DNA of 64,000 bases, taken from the NCBI GenBank assembly GCA_028695025.1, contig JAQVJV010000002.1:18998-82997 (forward strand), given 5' to 3'. Shown here piece after piece: positions 53,866-63,187 of this stretch (its first letter is position 1; every line of letters begins with the position of its first letter). The stretch comes from Candidatus Moraniibacteriota bacterium (GTDB lineage Bacteria; Patescibacteriota; Minisyncoccia; Moranbacterales; UBA11712). Made by a program: the position numbers and the translations under genes. The notes under the pieces were generated by a model, which searched no databases, was not told where the DNA came from, and worked only from the letters and a program-made list of their open reading frames with translations.

Positions 53866-53958
53866 ATGCAATAATCAGTGAACAAAGATCAACAATCAAT
53901 ATATTTTTTTGGATATTATTGACCGAATGGTCTTTTTTTGTTATCTTAGCGAAGCCCC

Positions 53959-54031
53959 GCCCCGATAGCTCAATGGATAGAGTGTCTGGCTTCGGACCAG
54001 AAGGTTAGAGGTTCGAGTCCTCTTCGGGGCA
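53959..54031 (+). tRNA. tRNA-Arg(TCG)
   Basis: GCCCCGA/TCGGGGC acceptor stem, tctgg-CTTCGGA-ccaga, GTTCGAGTC. Confidence 0.95.
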
Positions 54032-54084
54032 CAAAAATCCCGCTTGACGCGGGTTTTTGTGTTGCTGGTGAATAAATTGATATT

Positions 54085-55113
54085 TTATTTGGCTTTTGCG
54101 GTTTGCTCTGGGACGGTAACAACGAATGATGTTCCCTGGTTTTCGATGCTGTCGACAAGAATTTTTCCTCCATGACGATCAATAATTTTCTTCACCATAT
54201 AAAGTCCGAGGCCGGTTCCGGAGGTTTGAACTCCTACTGCATTTTCAGCCCGGAAGAATTTGGTAAAAAGGCGGTTCTTCTGGCTTTTGGGAATTCCTAT
54301 TCCGGAATCTTGAATCACAGCCTTGATTGAGCCTTGCTCCTGAGAAATATTGAAATCAATTCTTCCGCCATTGGGAGTGTATTTCACGGCATTGTCCAAA
54401 AGATTAGCAAAAACCAATTCCATTTTGTCGGCATCGATATTGGTTTCAGGAAATCCGGCGTCTTCTGGAATCTCAATAAAAAGGCTAATTTTCTTTTCAT
54501 CAGCCATCAATTTGATTCCTTCAACCGCTTTTCTAGCGAGAGGTAAAATCGGCTGGCGTTTGATATGGAATTCCATTTTTCCTTCTTCGATATGGGCGAC
54601 ATTGAGAAGATCGTTGATGAGATCAATTGTATTGCTGATGGAAGCCAGGCCTTTTTCAATGATTTCTTTTTGGTCGGGATTGAGCGGACCGGTATCGGGG
54701 TCGAGAAGGGCCGTGTAGGACCATTTGATGCCGGTGAGGGGAGTGCGAAGCTGGTGGGCGGCCACGGAAACAAAATCGGATTTGGCTTTGTCGAGTTCCG
54801 CCAATTTTTGGTTGGCACGATTCAGTTCCAACTCGCGTTTCACAAGTTGGCGGGTAATTTGGTCAAAATCTTCAATTTGTTTTTCTTTTTGCTTTGTTTC
54901 GGTGCCCATTTCCTCTATGTTTTTTCGAAAGTAAAAAAACAGATATCCAAAAAAAAGAGAGTTGGCCGCAAGAAGAGCGATCATCATCGCTATTCCTGGA
55001 ACAAGAAAAAATTTAAAAAAAGCGAGTATGATAACCGCCAAAGTAAAAGTAATCTGAAAAAACCAGATTGTTTTTGCGAGGGGGATTTTTTTCGTTTTTG
55101 TTTCGACTTCCAT
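54085..55113 (-). CDS. membrane sensor histidine kinase
   Basis: two TMs, AAHQLRTPL, NLLDNAVKY, DSGIGI, GTGLGLY. Confidence 0.95.
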   Translation of the reverse strand: MEVETKTKKIPLAKTIWFFQITFTLAVIILAFFKFFLVPGIAMMIALLAANSLFFGYLFFYFRKNIEEMGTETKQKEKQIEDFDQITRQLVKRELELNRANQKLAELDKAKSDFVSVAAHQLRTPLTGIKWSYTALLDPDTGPLNPDQKEIIEKGLASISNTIDLINDLLNVAHIEEGKMEFHIKRQPILPLARKAVEGIKLMADEKKISLFIEIPEDAGFPETNIDADKMELVFANLLDNAVKYTPNGGRIDFNISQEQGSIKAVIQDSGIGIPKSQKNRLFTKFFRAENAVGVQTSGTGLGLYMVKKIIDRHGGKILVDSIENQGTSFVVTVPEQTAKAK

Positions 55114-55502
55114 TATTTTTCCAATATGCCGGTGACCTTTTGGACGATTTCGCCCGGAGTGGTATGGGCTTTTACGATATAATCGATTGCCCCTTCAGCG
55201 AGGCCCCGGTCAATTTCTTCCTGGCTCCCCAAATTGGAGGATATGATTACGGGAATATTCTTGGATTGCGGATTGAGTTTTAGTTCTTTCAAAAAGGTGA
55301 TTCCATCAGTTCCCGGAAGAATAATATCGAGCAAAATTATGCCGATAGGTTCGCTCTCAATGATTTTTCGGGCATCGTCGACGTTGGTTGCTCTTTTGAT
55401 CTGCAGGTCTTGCTGCTGGAATTTCCGCTCCAAGAGACTGCCCATAAAAGCGTCATCTTCGACGATAAGGACTGTTTTTTGGTTATTTTGGTTTGGATCC
55501 AT
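55113..55502 (-). CDS. single-domain response regulator
   Basis: VLIVEDD, ILLDIILP, DYIVK. Confidence 0.95.
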   Translation of the reverse strand: MDPNQNNQKTVLIVEDDAFMGSLLERKFQQQDLQIKRATNVDDARKIIESEPIGIILLDIILPGTDGITFLKELKLNPQSKNIPVIISSNLGSQEEIDRGLAEGAIDYIVKAHTTPGEIVQKVTGILEK

Positions 55503-55595
55503 ATTTTTTTGGTTAATAATGCTTCTATTTTAGCTTATTTTTTGAAAAATGGTCAAATAAAAACGCCCCATTACATAGGGACGCTTTTATTCGTG

Positions 55596-55667
55596 GGCGA
55601 TCACTGGGAATCGAACCCAGGTTCTTGGGACCACAACCCAATGTCCTGCCATTGAACGATGACCGCC
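55596..55667 (-). tRNA. tRNA-His(GTG)
   Basis: G-1/C73, ttggg-TTGTGGT-cccaa anticodon arm, GTTCGATTC. Confidence 0.93.
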
Positions 55668-55697
55668 ATGTCTATTTTTTTCTAAATAAATTATATG

Positions 55698-55770
55698 TGC
55701 GTCGTGCAGGGATCGAACCTGCGACCGTTGGCTTAAGAGGCCACTGCTCTACCGGCTGAGCTAACGACGC
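55698..55770 (-). tRNA. tRNA-Lys(CTT)
   Basis: GCGTCGT/ACGACGC acceptor ends, loop CTCTTAA, GTTCGATCC. Confidence 0.93.
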
Positions 55771-55799
55771 ATTCACAAGTGTCCTCGGCAGGAATTTCA

Positions 55800-55903
55800 C
55801 CCCGCACCATTTCATTCTCCTCGGCAGGAATCGAACCTGCATAACCAGCTTAGAAGGCTAGTGTTCTATCCGTTGAACTACGAGGAGGATAAATGGTGCG
55901 GGG
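55800..55903. mobile_element. 104-bp TIR element carrying a tRNA copy
   Basis: perfect 13-bp TIRs ccccgcaccattt (55800-55812) and aaatggtgcgggg (55891-55903). Confidence 0.8.
55816..55887 (-). tRNA. tRNA-Arg(TCT), intact nested copy
   Basis: CTCCTCG/CGAGGAG acceptor stem, ctagc-CTTCTAA-gctgg, GTTCGATTC. Confidence 0.9.
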
Positions 55904-55997
55904 GGCGGGCCTGCATAACCAGCTTAGAAGGCTAGTGTTCTATCCGTTGAACTACGAGGACATCACTTGAAGATTATAATGGATTCGGCGGAAAAAG

Positions 55998-57305
55998 TCA
56001 ATTCATCCCGTTGGCTTTTTTGTAGGCTTTCCATTGTTTTACGGACCAGTTGTCCGGTTTTTCAGTGATTTTTTCCTCTCCCGGGTGGGGATAAAGGGAA
56101 GGAGATTTGTAGTTGCTCTTGAAAGTGTCCTTGCGGATCAAATTGCCGTCCGAGTCATAAACTTCTTGATAAGCAACGGTTTTCATTGATCCGTCGCCGT
56201 TTTTCTCCAAAACTTCCGGGCCGATGATTTTGGTTTCGCGGCCGTCGCTTGTCCCATAAAAATCAAAAAATAGCTGGGTGCCTTCAACGCGCGTTTCGAC
56301 GAGAATATAATTGGGCGTGTTGTTTATGAACTTGAGATCCGGCTTGGGGATGTAGACTGTGGCATCAAGCCCTTGCGGGTTGTAGTAGGACACCGGATAG
56401 GCGTGATTGGTGCGGGCGGTTACTTCAAGCCCGGCGTTGAGAGCCGCCCGGAACATAGTGGTGGAAACCTGGCACATACCTCCTCCGTATTCGGGAACGG
56501 TTTTGTCCGTTTTGATGACGAGTTCGGGGAGATATCCGGTGGACGCGTCAACTGGTCCCAAAGCCTCAATGAAAGAAAATTCTTCGTTGGGTTTGATGAG
56601 GACGCCGTCGAATTTCGAAGCACCAGTAGTGACATTGTGGATCCGATTTTTGGGAGAGCCGCGGAAATTGGAAACGCCTTCGCCGACGAGCTCTTTTATG
56701 CCGTACTTGTCAAGATCGGTGCTGGTCACTTCCGGCTTCAAGATGTCGGTTGGAAGTGTGATATCTTTGGCGGACGGATCGTTTGCAAGGGCTTGTTCTA
56801 CATCGGAAAGGCTTTGATCACTGTTGATTTCATAGCCGTCTTTTGAAAGGGAGAAGGCGCTCACATCTCCTCCGGAAAAAGACAATTTTGCGTCTTCTGC
56901 CGGGACGCGCGTGTCATCTTTCACTTTTTCCAGGTAGGTTTTTAATTGGTCGGTGTCGATGGTGAGGCGGTTGGAAAGACGGACATGGGTGCGGCTTTGG
57001 TCCAAATCGATAAAGCGAAAAAATATTTGAAGGGCCGGTTCGGAAGCGGCGGGAGAATAGTTGATATTTGTCGCTTCGGCGCTCCAGCTGGCATCAAAAG
57101 CCAGGGAGGAACGGATTTTCAGCCATCCGGAAAGCGTATTCTTGTCGGCGGTTATGGTTTTGTCCTGGACATGAAAGTTGATTGGCCCGCCGATGATTTT
57201 TTGAATTTCATCTGCGGAAAAATTGCCGAGAATTTTTTCTTCGGCCCGAACTGAAAAAGGCAAAACAAAAAAAACTATTTGGATGATGAGAAAAATCCGT
57301 TTCAT
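55998..57305 (-). CDS. VanW-family protein with signal peptide
   Basis: GGGMCQVSTTMFRAA, NHAYPVSYY, GLDATVY, DLKFINNT. Confidence 0.93.
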   Translation of the reverse strand: MKRIFLIIQIVFFVLPFSVRAEEKILGNFSADEIQKIIGGPINFHVQDKTITADKNTLSGWLKIRSSLAFDASWSAEATNINYSPAASEPALQIFFRFIDLDQSRTHVRLSNRLTIDTDQLKTYLEKVKDDTRVPAEDAKLSFSGGDVSAFSLSKDGYEINSDQSLSDVEQALANDPSAKDITLPTDILKPEVTSTDLDKYGIKELVGEGVSNFRGSPKNRIHNVTTGASKFDGVLIKPNEEFSFIEALGPVDASTGYLPELVIKTDKTVPEYGGGMCQVSTTMFRAALNAGLEVTARTNHAYPVSYYNPQGLDATVYIPKPDLKFINNTPNYILVETRVEGTQLFFDFYGTSDGRETKIIGPEVLEKNGDGSMKTVAYQEVYDSDGNLIRKDTFKSNYKSPSLYPHPGEEKITEKPDNWSVKQWKAYKKANGMN

Positions 57306-57397
57306 TGACTTAAGAATAACCCAAAAGGCGGTGTTTTACAAGGTTATAAAAACGAGCCGTACGGCCCGTTTAAAATTGCTTTTTTGGATTGATCAGC

Positions 57398-57961
57398 CTA
57401 GAATCCTCGCACCTGGATCCTCTTGCTTTTAGTCGTATCAGCTTTGGGAAGGCGGATAGTGAGGATGCCGTTTTTCATAGCCGCTTCGGCTTTGTCGGCG
57501 ATCACTTCCACGGGAAGGATGACGGATCGGGAAAAGGTTCCCCAATAACATTCCTGATAATAATAATTTTCGGTTTCCACCGCCTCGTCATTTTTGCGGT
57601 CGCCGCGGATTGTCACCATATCGTTGTTGATCGACACATCCAGATCCTCCGGTTTCACGCCGGCAATAGTGGACTTGATCACAATTTCGTTGTCGGTCTG
57701 ATAGACATCGATAGTGAGCTGGCCTTCCGAATCACCGGCCCAGCTTTCTTCCGGTTCTTGGGCGGGGGGATTTTGGGTCATCGGTTCGACATCATAATCA
57801 CCTTGCGGAAAATTCTGGGTCTGGATCGGTTGAGGATTCATATCTCGCGGCTGTTGCTGGGGCTGATAGTTGAATTGCTGGCTTTGGGAACGGTAAGAAT
57901 TTTCTTCTGGAATATTGCGGGATCCGGTGAGCCTTTCAAAAAATGATTTTTTTTCTTTCAT
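57398..57961 (-). CDS. small heat shock protein (Hsp20) with Gln/Pro-rich N-terminus
   Basis: GQLTIDVYQT, ECYWGTFSRSVILP, NGILTIRLPK. Confidence 0.95.
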   Translation of the reverse strand: MKEKKSFFERLTGSRNIPEENSYRSQSQQFNYQPQQQPRDMNPQPIQTQNFPQGDYDVEPMTQNPPAQEPEESWAGDSEGQLTIDVYQTDNEIVIKSTIAGVKPEDLDVSINNDMVTIRGDRKNDEAVETENYYYQECYWGTFSRSVILPVEVIADKAEAAMKNGILTIRLPKADTTKSKRIQVRGF

Positions 57962-58037
57962 GGTTTTTGCGAAATACGAATTAAGCGAAAATACGAAAAG
58001 TTATTTTGCTTTTTTTAGTATATAACTAGTTATGCGG

Positions 58038-58643
58038 TTAGGCAAGTTTGCGAAAATTGAACGCCAGAATAGCAATGCCTATAAAGTAAAAAACAGAAAG
58101 TGAAATAACAACAAGATAGTTTGTGAAATTGCCCTTTTGGATGACGAGAAAATTATAAAGCAGGTGGTTGAGAACAGGGAAGAAGAGAATTTTGACCGGT
58201 TTTAAAGGGGTAGAAAAAGTGTTTGAGGAAATAAAAACGCCCATCAAAAAAGCGGTGAGGGTGTGAAGGGCAAGGATTGATCCCAGGGAAAATAATATCT
58301 GCGGCTCATGGATCCGGAAGGCTTGGAAAACTTCCGGATTGGCATAAAATATCAAGCCGATTTCGGAAAGCCCCCAAAATGCGCCGAGGAAAAAAGAAGC
58401 AATGGCAAGCTTCACCCCGGAAAGTTCGATTTTTTTCCGGATAACAAAAAATATTGCCCAAAATTTGGACAGTTCTTCAATGATCACGGAAACAGCCAGA
58501 AAACAGGTGAGGTTTTGATAAAAATTGGAAACTATTTCCCGTTGCCAAAAAACGTCGGCGGCCACGGCAATAATCTGCTCCAAAAATACGGCTATGGCGG
58601 CAGAAACAACGGCGAGAATGATGATTTTTATTGCGGTTTTCAT
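58038..58643 (-). CDS. PrsW-family intramembrane glutamic protease
   Basis: IIEELSKF, WGLSE, LHT, HLLYN; multiple TMs. Confidence 0.8.
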   Translation of the reverse strand: MKTAIKIIILAVVSAAIAVFLEQIIAVAADVFWQREIVSNFYQNLTCFLAVSVIIEELSKFWAIFFVIRKKIELSGVKLAIASFFLGAFWGLSEIGLIFYANPEVFQAFRIHEPQILFSLGSILALHTLTAFLMGVFISSNTFSTPLKPVKILFFPVLNHLLYNFLVIQKGNFTNYLVVISLSVFYFIGIAILAFNFRKLA

Positions 58644-58647
58644 TTTT

Positions 58648-59760
58648 TTATAGGGCCAATCCTGCGTCGGCCTCCAGATTTTTCCAGTTGGTTTCAAATT
58701 TCTTTTTGTTTTTGGCGAGAGTGTATTGGAAGTATCCGGCGACGGCGATCATGGCGGCGTTATCGAGCGAGTATTGAGTATCGGGCATGAAGTATAGAGT
58801 ATTTTTCAGATTATTTTTGATGGCTTCTCCGAGCTGTTTTCGCAGTTCTTCATTCGCGGAGACTCCGCCGCCAAGCAAAATCGTTTTCGGCTTGTATTTT
58901 TTTGCCGCTTTCAAAGTTTTTGCCACTAAAACGTCAATGACGGCTTGCTGAAATTCGGCACAAAGCGCGGTGGTCATTTTTTTGTCTTTCAATATCACCG
59001 GATTTTTTTTCACAGCATAAAGAGCGGCGGTCTTGAGGCCGGAAAAAGAAAAATTGAGATTATTCGAATTAAGCATCGGCCGGGGGAGCCGAAGGCTCAA
59101 CCTTCGGCGGTCCGAAGGTTGAGCCTTCGGATTTGCGGATTTTTGCGCGGTCAAAATTTTTTCAGCTTCAGCCGCAACTATCGGTCCGCCGGGATAACCA
59201 AGATTCAAAATTTTCGCCACTTTATCAAAAGCCTCGCCAGCCGCATCATCCAGGGTTTCTCCGATAATCCGAAAGTCCATGTGTTTCTTCATGAGTATGA
59301 GCTGTGTATGCCCGCCGGAGACAATTAAGGCTAAAACCGGAAATTTGATAGATTTGGAATTTGGAATTTGGTTATTGGAATTTTCGCGAACAAAGTTCGC
59401 GTATATGTGTCCCGCAATATGATGCGCTCCGACAAGCGGTACGCGCCAGGCGTAGGCGAGAGCCTTCGCCGAATTGGTGCCGATGAGAAGCGCCGGGATG
59501 AGCCCCGGACCCTGGGTGACGGTGATGATATCAATGTCTTTCGGCGCAAGTTTGTTTTCCCGGATGGTTTTTTTCAGAAGAAGCGGCAGGTTTTTAAGAT
59601 GCTCCCGGGCGGCAAGATTGGGGACAACTCCGCCGAAAGGAGCGTGGATTTTCACTTGCGATGACACTAGGTCGGAAAGCACCTGAAAGCGGCCTTTTTC
59701 GGCTTTCACGAGAGCGACGGCGGTTTCATCGCAGGAAGTTTCAATGGCGAGGATATTCAT
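58648..59760 (-). CDS. tsaD: tRNA N6-threonylcarbamoyltransferase TsaD
   Basis: IETSCDET, HHIAGH, SGGHT, DDAAGEAFDK, DNAAMIA. Confidence 0.98.
   Translation of the reverse strand: MNILAIETSCDETAVALVKAEKGRFQVLSDLVSSQVKIHAPFGGVVPNLAAREHLKNLPLLLKKTIRENKLAPKDIDIITVTQGPGLIPALLIGTNSAKALAYAWRVPLVGAHHIAGHIYANFVRENSNNQIPNSKSIKFPVLALIVSGGHTQLILMKKHMDFRIIGETLDDAAGEAFDKVAKILNLGYPGGPIVAAEAEKILTAQKSANPKAQPSDRRRLSLRLPRPMLNSNNLNFSFSGLKTAALYAVKKNPVILKDKKMTTALCAEFQQAVIDVLVAKTLKAAKKYKPKTILLGGGVSANEELRKQLGEAIKNNLKNTLYFMPDTQYSLDNAAMIAVAGYFQYTLAKNKKKFETNWKNLEADAGLAL
59089..59130. repeat. 42-bp palindrome (perfect 19-bp arms) read in-frame in tsaD
   Basis: ccgaaggctcaaccttcgg-cggt-ccgaaggttgagccttcgg. Confidence 0.9.
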
Positions 59761-59846
59761 GAGATAAGTATAGAGTATTTAGTATAATGTATAAAGTTTT
59801 TCTTCTGCCAACCAAAAACCGCCCAAGAGAGGGAGGTTTTTTAAAT

Positions 59847-59921
59847 TGGTAGCCCCAAGGGGAGTCGAACCCCTCTTTTCAGGATGAAAACCTAATGTCC
59901 TAACCGATAGACGATGGGGCC
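59847..59921 (-). tRNA. tRNA-Glu(TTC)
   Basis: GGCCCCA/TGGGGCT acceptor stem, loop TTTTCAT, encoded CCA. Confidence 0.95.
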
Positions 59922-60040
59922 GCTTGATGCGGCGATACGCTGGATATCATAGCAAAAATGGGTGAATTCGTCAAGAATTGCGGATCCAGGCAAATTCCGG
60001 ATGCTTTGAAAAATCCAGCCGATTTGATATAATCGGCTAT

Positions 60041-60385
60041 ATGAAAAAGGTTGAGAAAAATATCTCTTTAGGCGAGCTTCGGCAGATGGCTGAAAATATG
60101 TTTGGCAACCTGGTGAAAGCGGTGGTTGATGTCGAAAAAGGAACCATGGCGGTTGACGCGGAACTCCATGCCGATGAGGAAGCTTTTCTTTTGGAAAAAG
60201 GTTCACAACAAAAAAATCTTTGGGGAATCAATCTTTATCCGGAATTTTTCGGCCAAGATGATTTTGTGGAATTCGATTCGATGGTCAATCTGCGCCCTTC
60301 GCAGGAAAATCGCAGCCGGGGAGTGGAAAATCCGGAAATTCGAAAAAAAATCCGGGAAATAATCGCTAATTTAGTCACGAAATGA
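60041..60385 (+). CDS. DUF5674-like protein
   Basis: VKAVVDVE..AELHADEEAFLL..GSQQKNLWGINLYP..FDSMVNLRPSQENRSR; family name recalled, not searched. Confidence 0.75.
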   Translation: MKKVEKNISLGELRQMAENMFGNLVKAVVDVEKGTMAVDAELHADEEAFLLEKGSQQKNLWGINLYPEFFGQDDFVEFDSMVNLRPSQENRSRGVENPEIRKKIREIIANLVTK

Positions 60386-60714
60386 AGCCCCAGCATCAAC
60401 AATTGGCGGATGGAAAATGGGAGAGTATGGACTTTTTTCAGCAAATGGCCAATGTCGGCAGTGAAGTGGAGCGGGCGATCAGATGGAACGAAAAGAAAAA
60501 CGCGGCTTATGGCCGGATGGCCTTTGAAAGGTCTCTTGAGCTTCTGGATTTCACGATTGCGGACAGAAAAAACAGGAAGAGGCTGAAAGAACTCTTGAGA
60601 TTGAGAGAATTTTTGGCCGATTATTTCTTTTTCGGGAATATTTATCGGTCAACAAAAAAAAGCTGGCAGAACTATTTTTTCAGTTTCAATTATGCCGCCA
60701 GGCTCGGACGCTGA
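60382..60714 (+). CDS. conserved helical hypothetical protein
   Basis: QQMANVGSEVERA..KELLRLREFLAD; ATGA overlap with the upstream gene. Confidence 0.75.
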   Translation: MKPQHQQLADGKWESMDFFQQMANVGSEVERAIRWNEKKNAAYGRMAFERSLELLDFTIADRKNRKRLKELLRLREFLADYFFFGNIYRSTKKSWQNYFFSFNYAARLGR

Positions 60715-60816
60715 AACGTGAAATCATGCTCCGCTTGACAAGATATTGCAAAAAGTCCAATATTTTGCTATAATTCAAGAAGTTAAGCTCGAAATTAACA
60801 TTAACCGCAAAATTCC

Positions 60817-61089
60817 ATGAAGAAAAAAGAACTCGTGGAGGCAATCGTCAAGAAGACGGAGCTTGCCAAAAAAGACGTCGTTCTCGTCCTTGAGACGATG
60901 GCGGAAGTGGTGAAAAGCCATGTCGCCAAAGAAGCCGTCGAGATTCCGGGGCTTGTGAAAGTCGAGAAAAAGCATCGGGCCGCCCGCATGGGCCGCAACC
61001 CGATGACCGGTGAATCGATCCAGATTCCGGCCAAGTCCGTCCTGAAAGCCCGCGTGCTGAAGAAGCTCAAAGACGCGGTGATGAAATAA
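60817..61089 (+). CDS. hup: HU-family DNA-binding protein
   Basis: MKKKELV..ARMGRNPMTGESIQIPAK..LKDAV. Confidence 0.95.
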   Translation: MKKKELVEAIVKKTELAKKDVVLVLETMAEVVKSHVAKEAVEIPGLVKVEKKHRAARMGRNPMTGESIQIPAKSVLKARVLKKLKDAVMK

Positions 61090-61171
61090 GACGAACCATA
61101 TCTTTCAAAAAATTCCTCCATAGCGGGGGATTTTTTGATTTTTGGGTCGGATATGATACGATTAGCTTGCC

Positions 61172-61928
61172 ATGGAAAGAAAAAAAATCGCAAAACCCCG
61201 AAATATCTTTTTTAAAGAGAAGAATGATATGGGCATATTGCTTCTTCACGGCTGGACGGCGCCGGCCGATGTTTTTTTGCCCATGGCGGAATATTTCAAT
61301 TCGCTTGGCTTCACCGGTCTCCGCGCCGTTTCTGCGGGGCCATGGGACGGTGCCTGAAGATCTCGAGGGGGTGGTTTGGCGGGATTGGCTGGAGGACGTG
61401 CAGGAAGCGTTCCGTGACTTAAAAAAAGAATCTTCAAAAATTTTTATTGCAGGTTCATCAATGGGCGGGGATCTTGCCATGCTTCTTTCCGAAGAAAAGG
61501 ATGTTTCCGGGGTTATTTCTCTTGGAACTCCCATTGAATTTCATTTTCAGTTTTTGGCGGAATCTGCACTTCGAATCCTTGGCGCTTTTAAAACTTATCG
61601 CCGGAAATATTATCCTCCCTGGGTGTCGAAAGACGCGATTGATCCTCGACTGTATCCGTATTATCCGATTGCGAGTGCGCAGGAGGTAGTGAAGCTAGCA
61701 AAATACACAGGGGAATGTTTACTCTGGGTCACAAAGCCAATTTTGATAGCTCAATCTACAAGCGACCACCTTGTCTCCAAAAAATCTCCGCAAATAATTT
61801 TTGACCGAAGCAGTTCCTCTCAAAAGGAAATATATTGGGTTGAAAACGGGCACCATGTTTTTGTGGAAAAAGAGGAAATATGGAAGAAGATTGAAGATTT
61901 TATAAAATTAGCGAGTCAAGACAATTAG
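61172..61928 (+). pseudogene. alpha/beta hydrolase (carboxylesterase-like) with one frameshift near 61315
   Basis: LLLHGWT..SLGFT in one frame; VSAPFLRGHG, GSSMGG, DHLV and GHH in another. Confidence 0.8.
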
Positions 61929-62031
61929 TTTCGGCTATATTTCAACTTTATTTCTATTGCATTTCAGAAATACGGAAGAAATAAACCCGCCTTACTTGCG
62001 AAATAAGTTGAGATTTAGGAATATATTTTCA

Positions 62032-63186
62032 ATGAAAATTGCAATCTTCACCAACAACTATCTTCCCAATCCTTTCGGCGTTTCCGGTTCAATTGAAAGT
62101 TTCCGGAAAGTTTTTGAAAAAAAAGGCCACACAGCCTATATTTTCGCGCCGTATTGGAAAGGTTATACCGACTCAAATCCGAATGTTTTCCGCTATCCGG
62201 CTTTGAAATTTTCCTCGAAAGGAATCAAGTATCCTTTGCCACTGCCATATTCGAAAAAAATGAATGGGATTATCAAAAAGATGGAATTTGACATCATCCA
62301 TGCCCAGCATCCGAATCTTCTGGGGGCGGCAGGGGCGCATTGGGCAAAAAAGAAAAATGTCCCGCTTGTTTTCACCTGGCACACCCTCTATGACCAATAT
62401 GCTCACTTTGTCCCGCTTGTTCCGCGTAAGATGGCGGCCGCTTGGGCAATTGGAAACGCACGAAAATATGCCAATCGAGCCGATCAAGTAATTGTTCCAA
62501 CGCCTTCGGTCGGCGAAATCATCAAAAATTGGGGCGTGACGAACGAAAATATCGAAGCAGTTCCGACCGGAGTGGAAGAAGATCAATTCTCAAATCTGGA
62601 TAAGGAAATTATCCGTGAAAAATATGGCATAAAAAAAGATGAAATACTACTTTTTGTGATGACGCGCCTCACAGAGGAGAAAAATGTTTTGTTTTTGTTT
62701 GACGCGGCGGTCGGAATTCTGGAAAAAAATCCGAAAACGAAATTCATGATCTGCGGGGACGGGGGGTTGAAGAAGGAGATAGCGAAAAAAATTGACGGGC
62801 TGGGGCTTCGTGAGCGGATCATTTTAGCGGGGATAGTCTCGAGCGATGAGAAAAAAAATTATTATGCCGCGGGAGATATTTTTGTTTATGCCTCGAAATC
62901 GGAAACGCAGGGGATGATTCTTACGGAAGCGATGTATTCCGGACTGCCGATTGTTGCGGTGCGGACAACGGGCGTAAAAGACGTTGTCGAAGACGGACGG
63001 ACGGGGTTTTTGACGGAGGAAGATCGGGAAGAATTTTCCGAAGCGGCGCAAAAATTGATCGATGACGCGGAGTTACGCCGGAATTTTGGCGAAGAGGCGG
63101 CGCGAACGGCGCGGGAAAAATATACGGCGACGGTTTGCGGGGAAAGGATGCTGGGGGTATATGAGAGAGTGATAAATAAAAAATAA
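62032..63186 (+). CDS. GT4-family glycosyltransferase
   Basis: MKIAIFTNNYLP, TWHTLY, SETQGMILTEAM. Confidence 0.93.
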   Translation: MKIAIFTNNYLPNPFGVSGSIESFRKVFEKKGHTAYIFAPYWKGYTDSNPNVFRYPALKFSSKGIKYPLPLPYSKKMNGIIKKMEFDIIHAQHPNLLGAAGAHWAKKKNVPLVFTWHTLYDQYAHFVPLVPRKMAAAWAIGNARKYANRADQVIVPTPSVGEIIKNWGVTNENIEAVPTGVEEDQFSNLDKEIIREKYGIKKDEILLFVMTRLTEEKNVLFLFDAAVGILEKNPKTKFMICGDGGLKKEIAKKIDGLGLRERIILAGIVSSDEKKNYYAAGDIFVYASKSETQGMILTEAMYSGLPIVAVRTTGVKDVVEDGRTGFLTEEDREEFSEAAQKLIDDAELRRNFGEEAARTAREKYTATVCGERMLGVYERVINKK

Positions 63187-63187
63187 T

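Larger units (their letters stand above)
55780..55961 (-). pseudogene. outer tRNA-Arg(TCT) split at the T-loop by an insertion
   Basis: 5' part 55961-55910 and 3' part 55795-55780 match the inner copy; T-loop replaced by 114 bp. Confidence 0.8.

Noticed and set aside
55780-55961. Group I/II or BHB-type tRNA intron
   Set aside because: The insert is too short for a ribozyme, is bounded by TIRs, and removing it does not restore the TTCG of the T-loop
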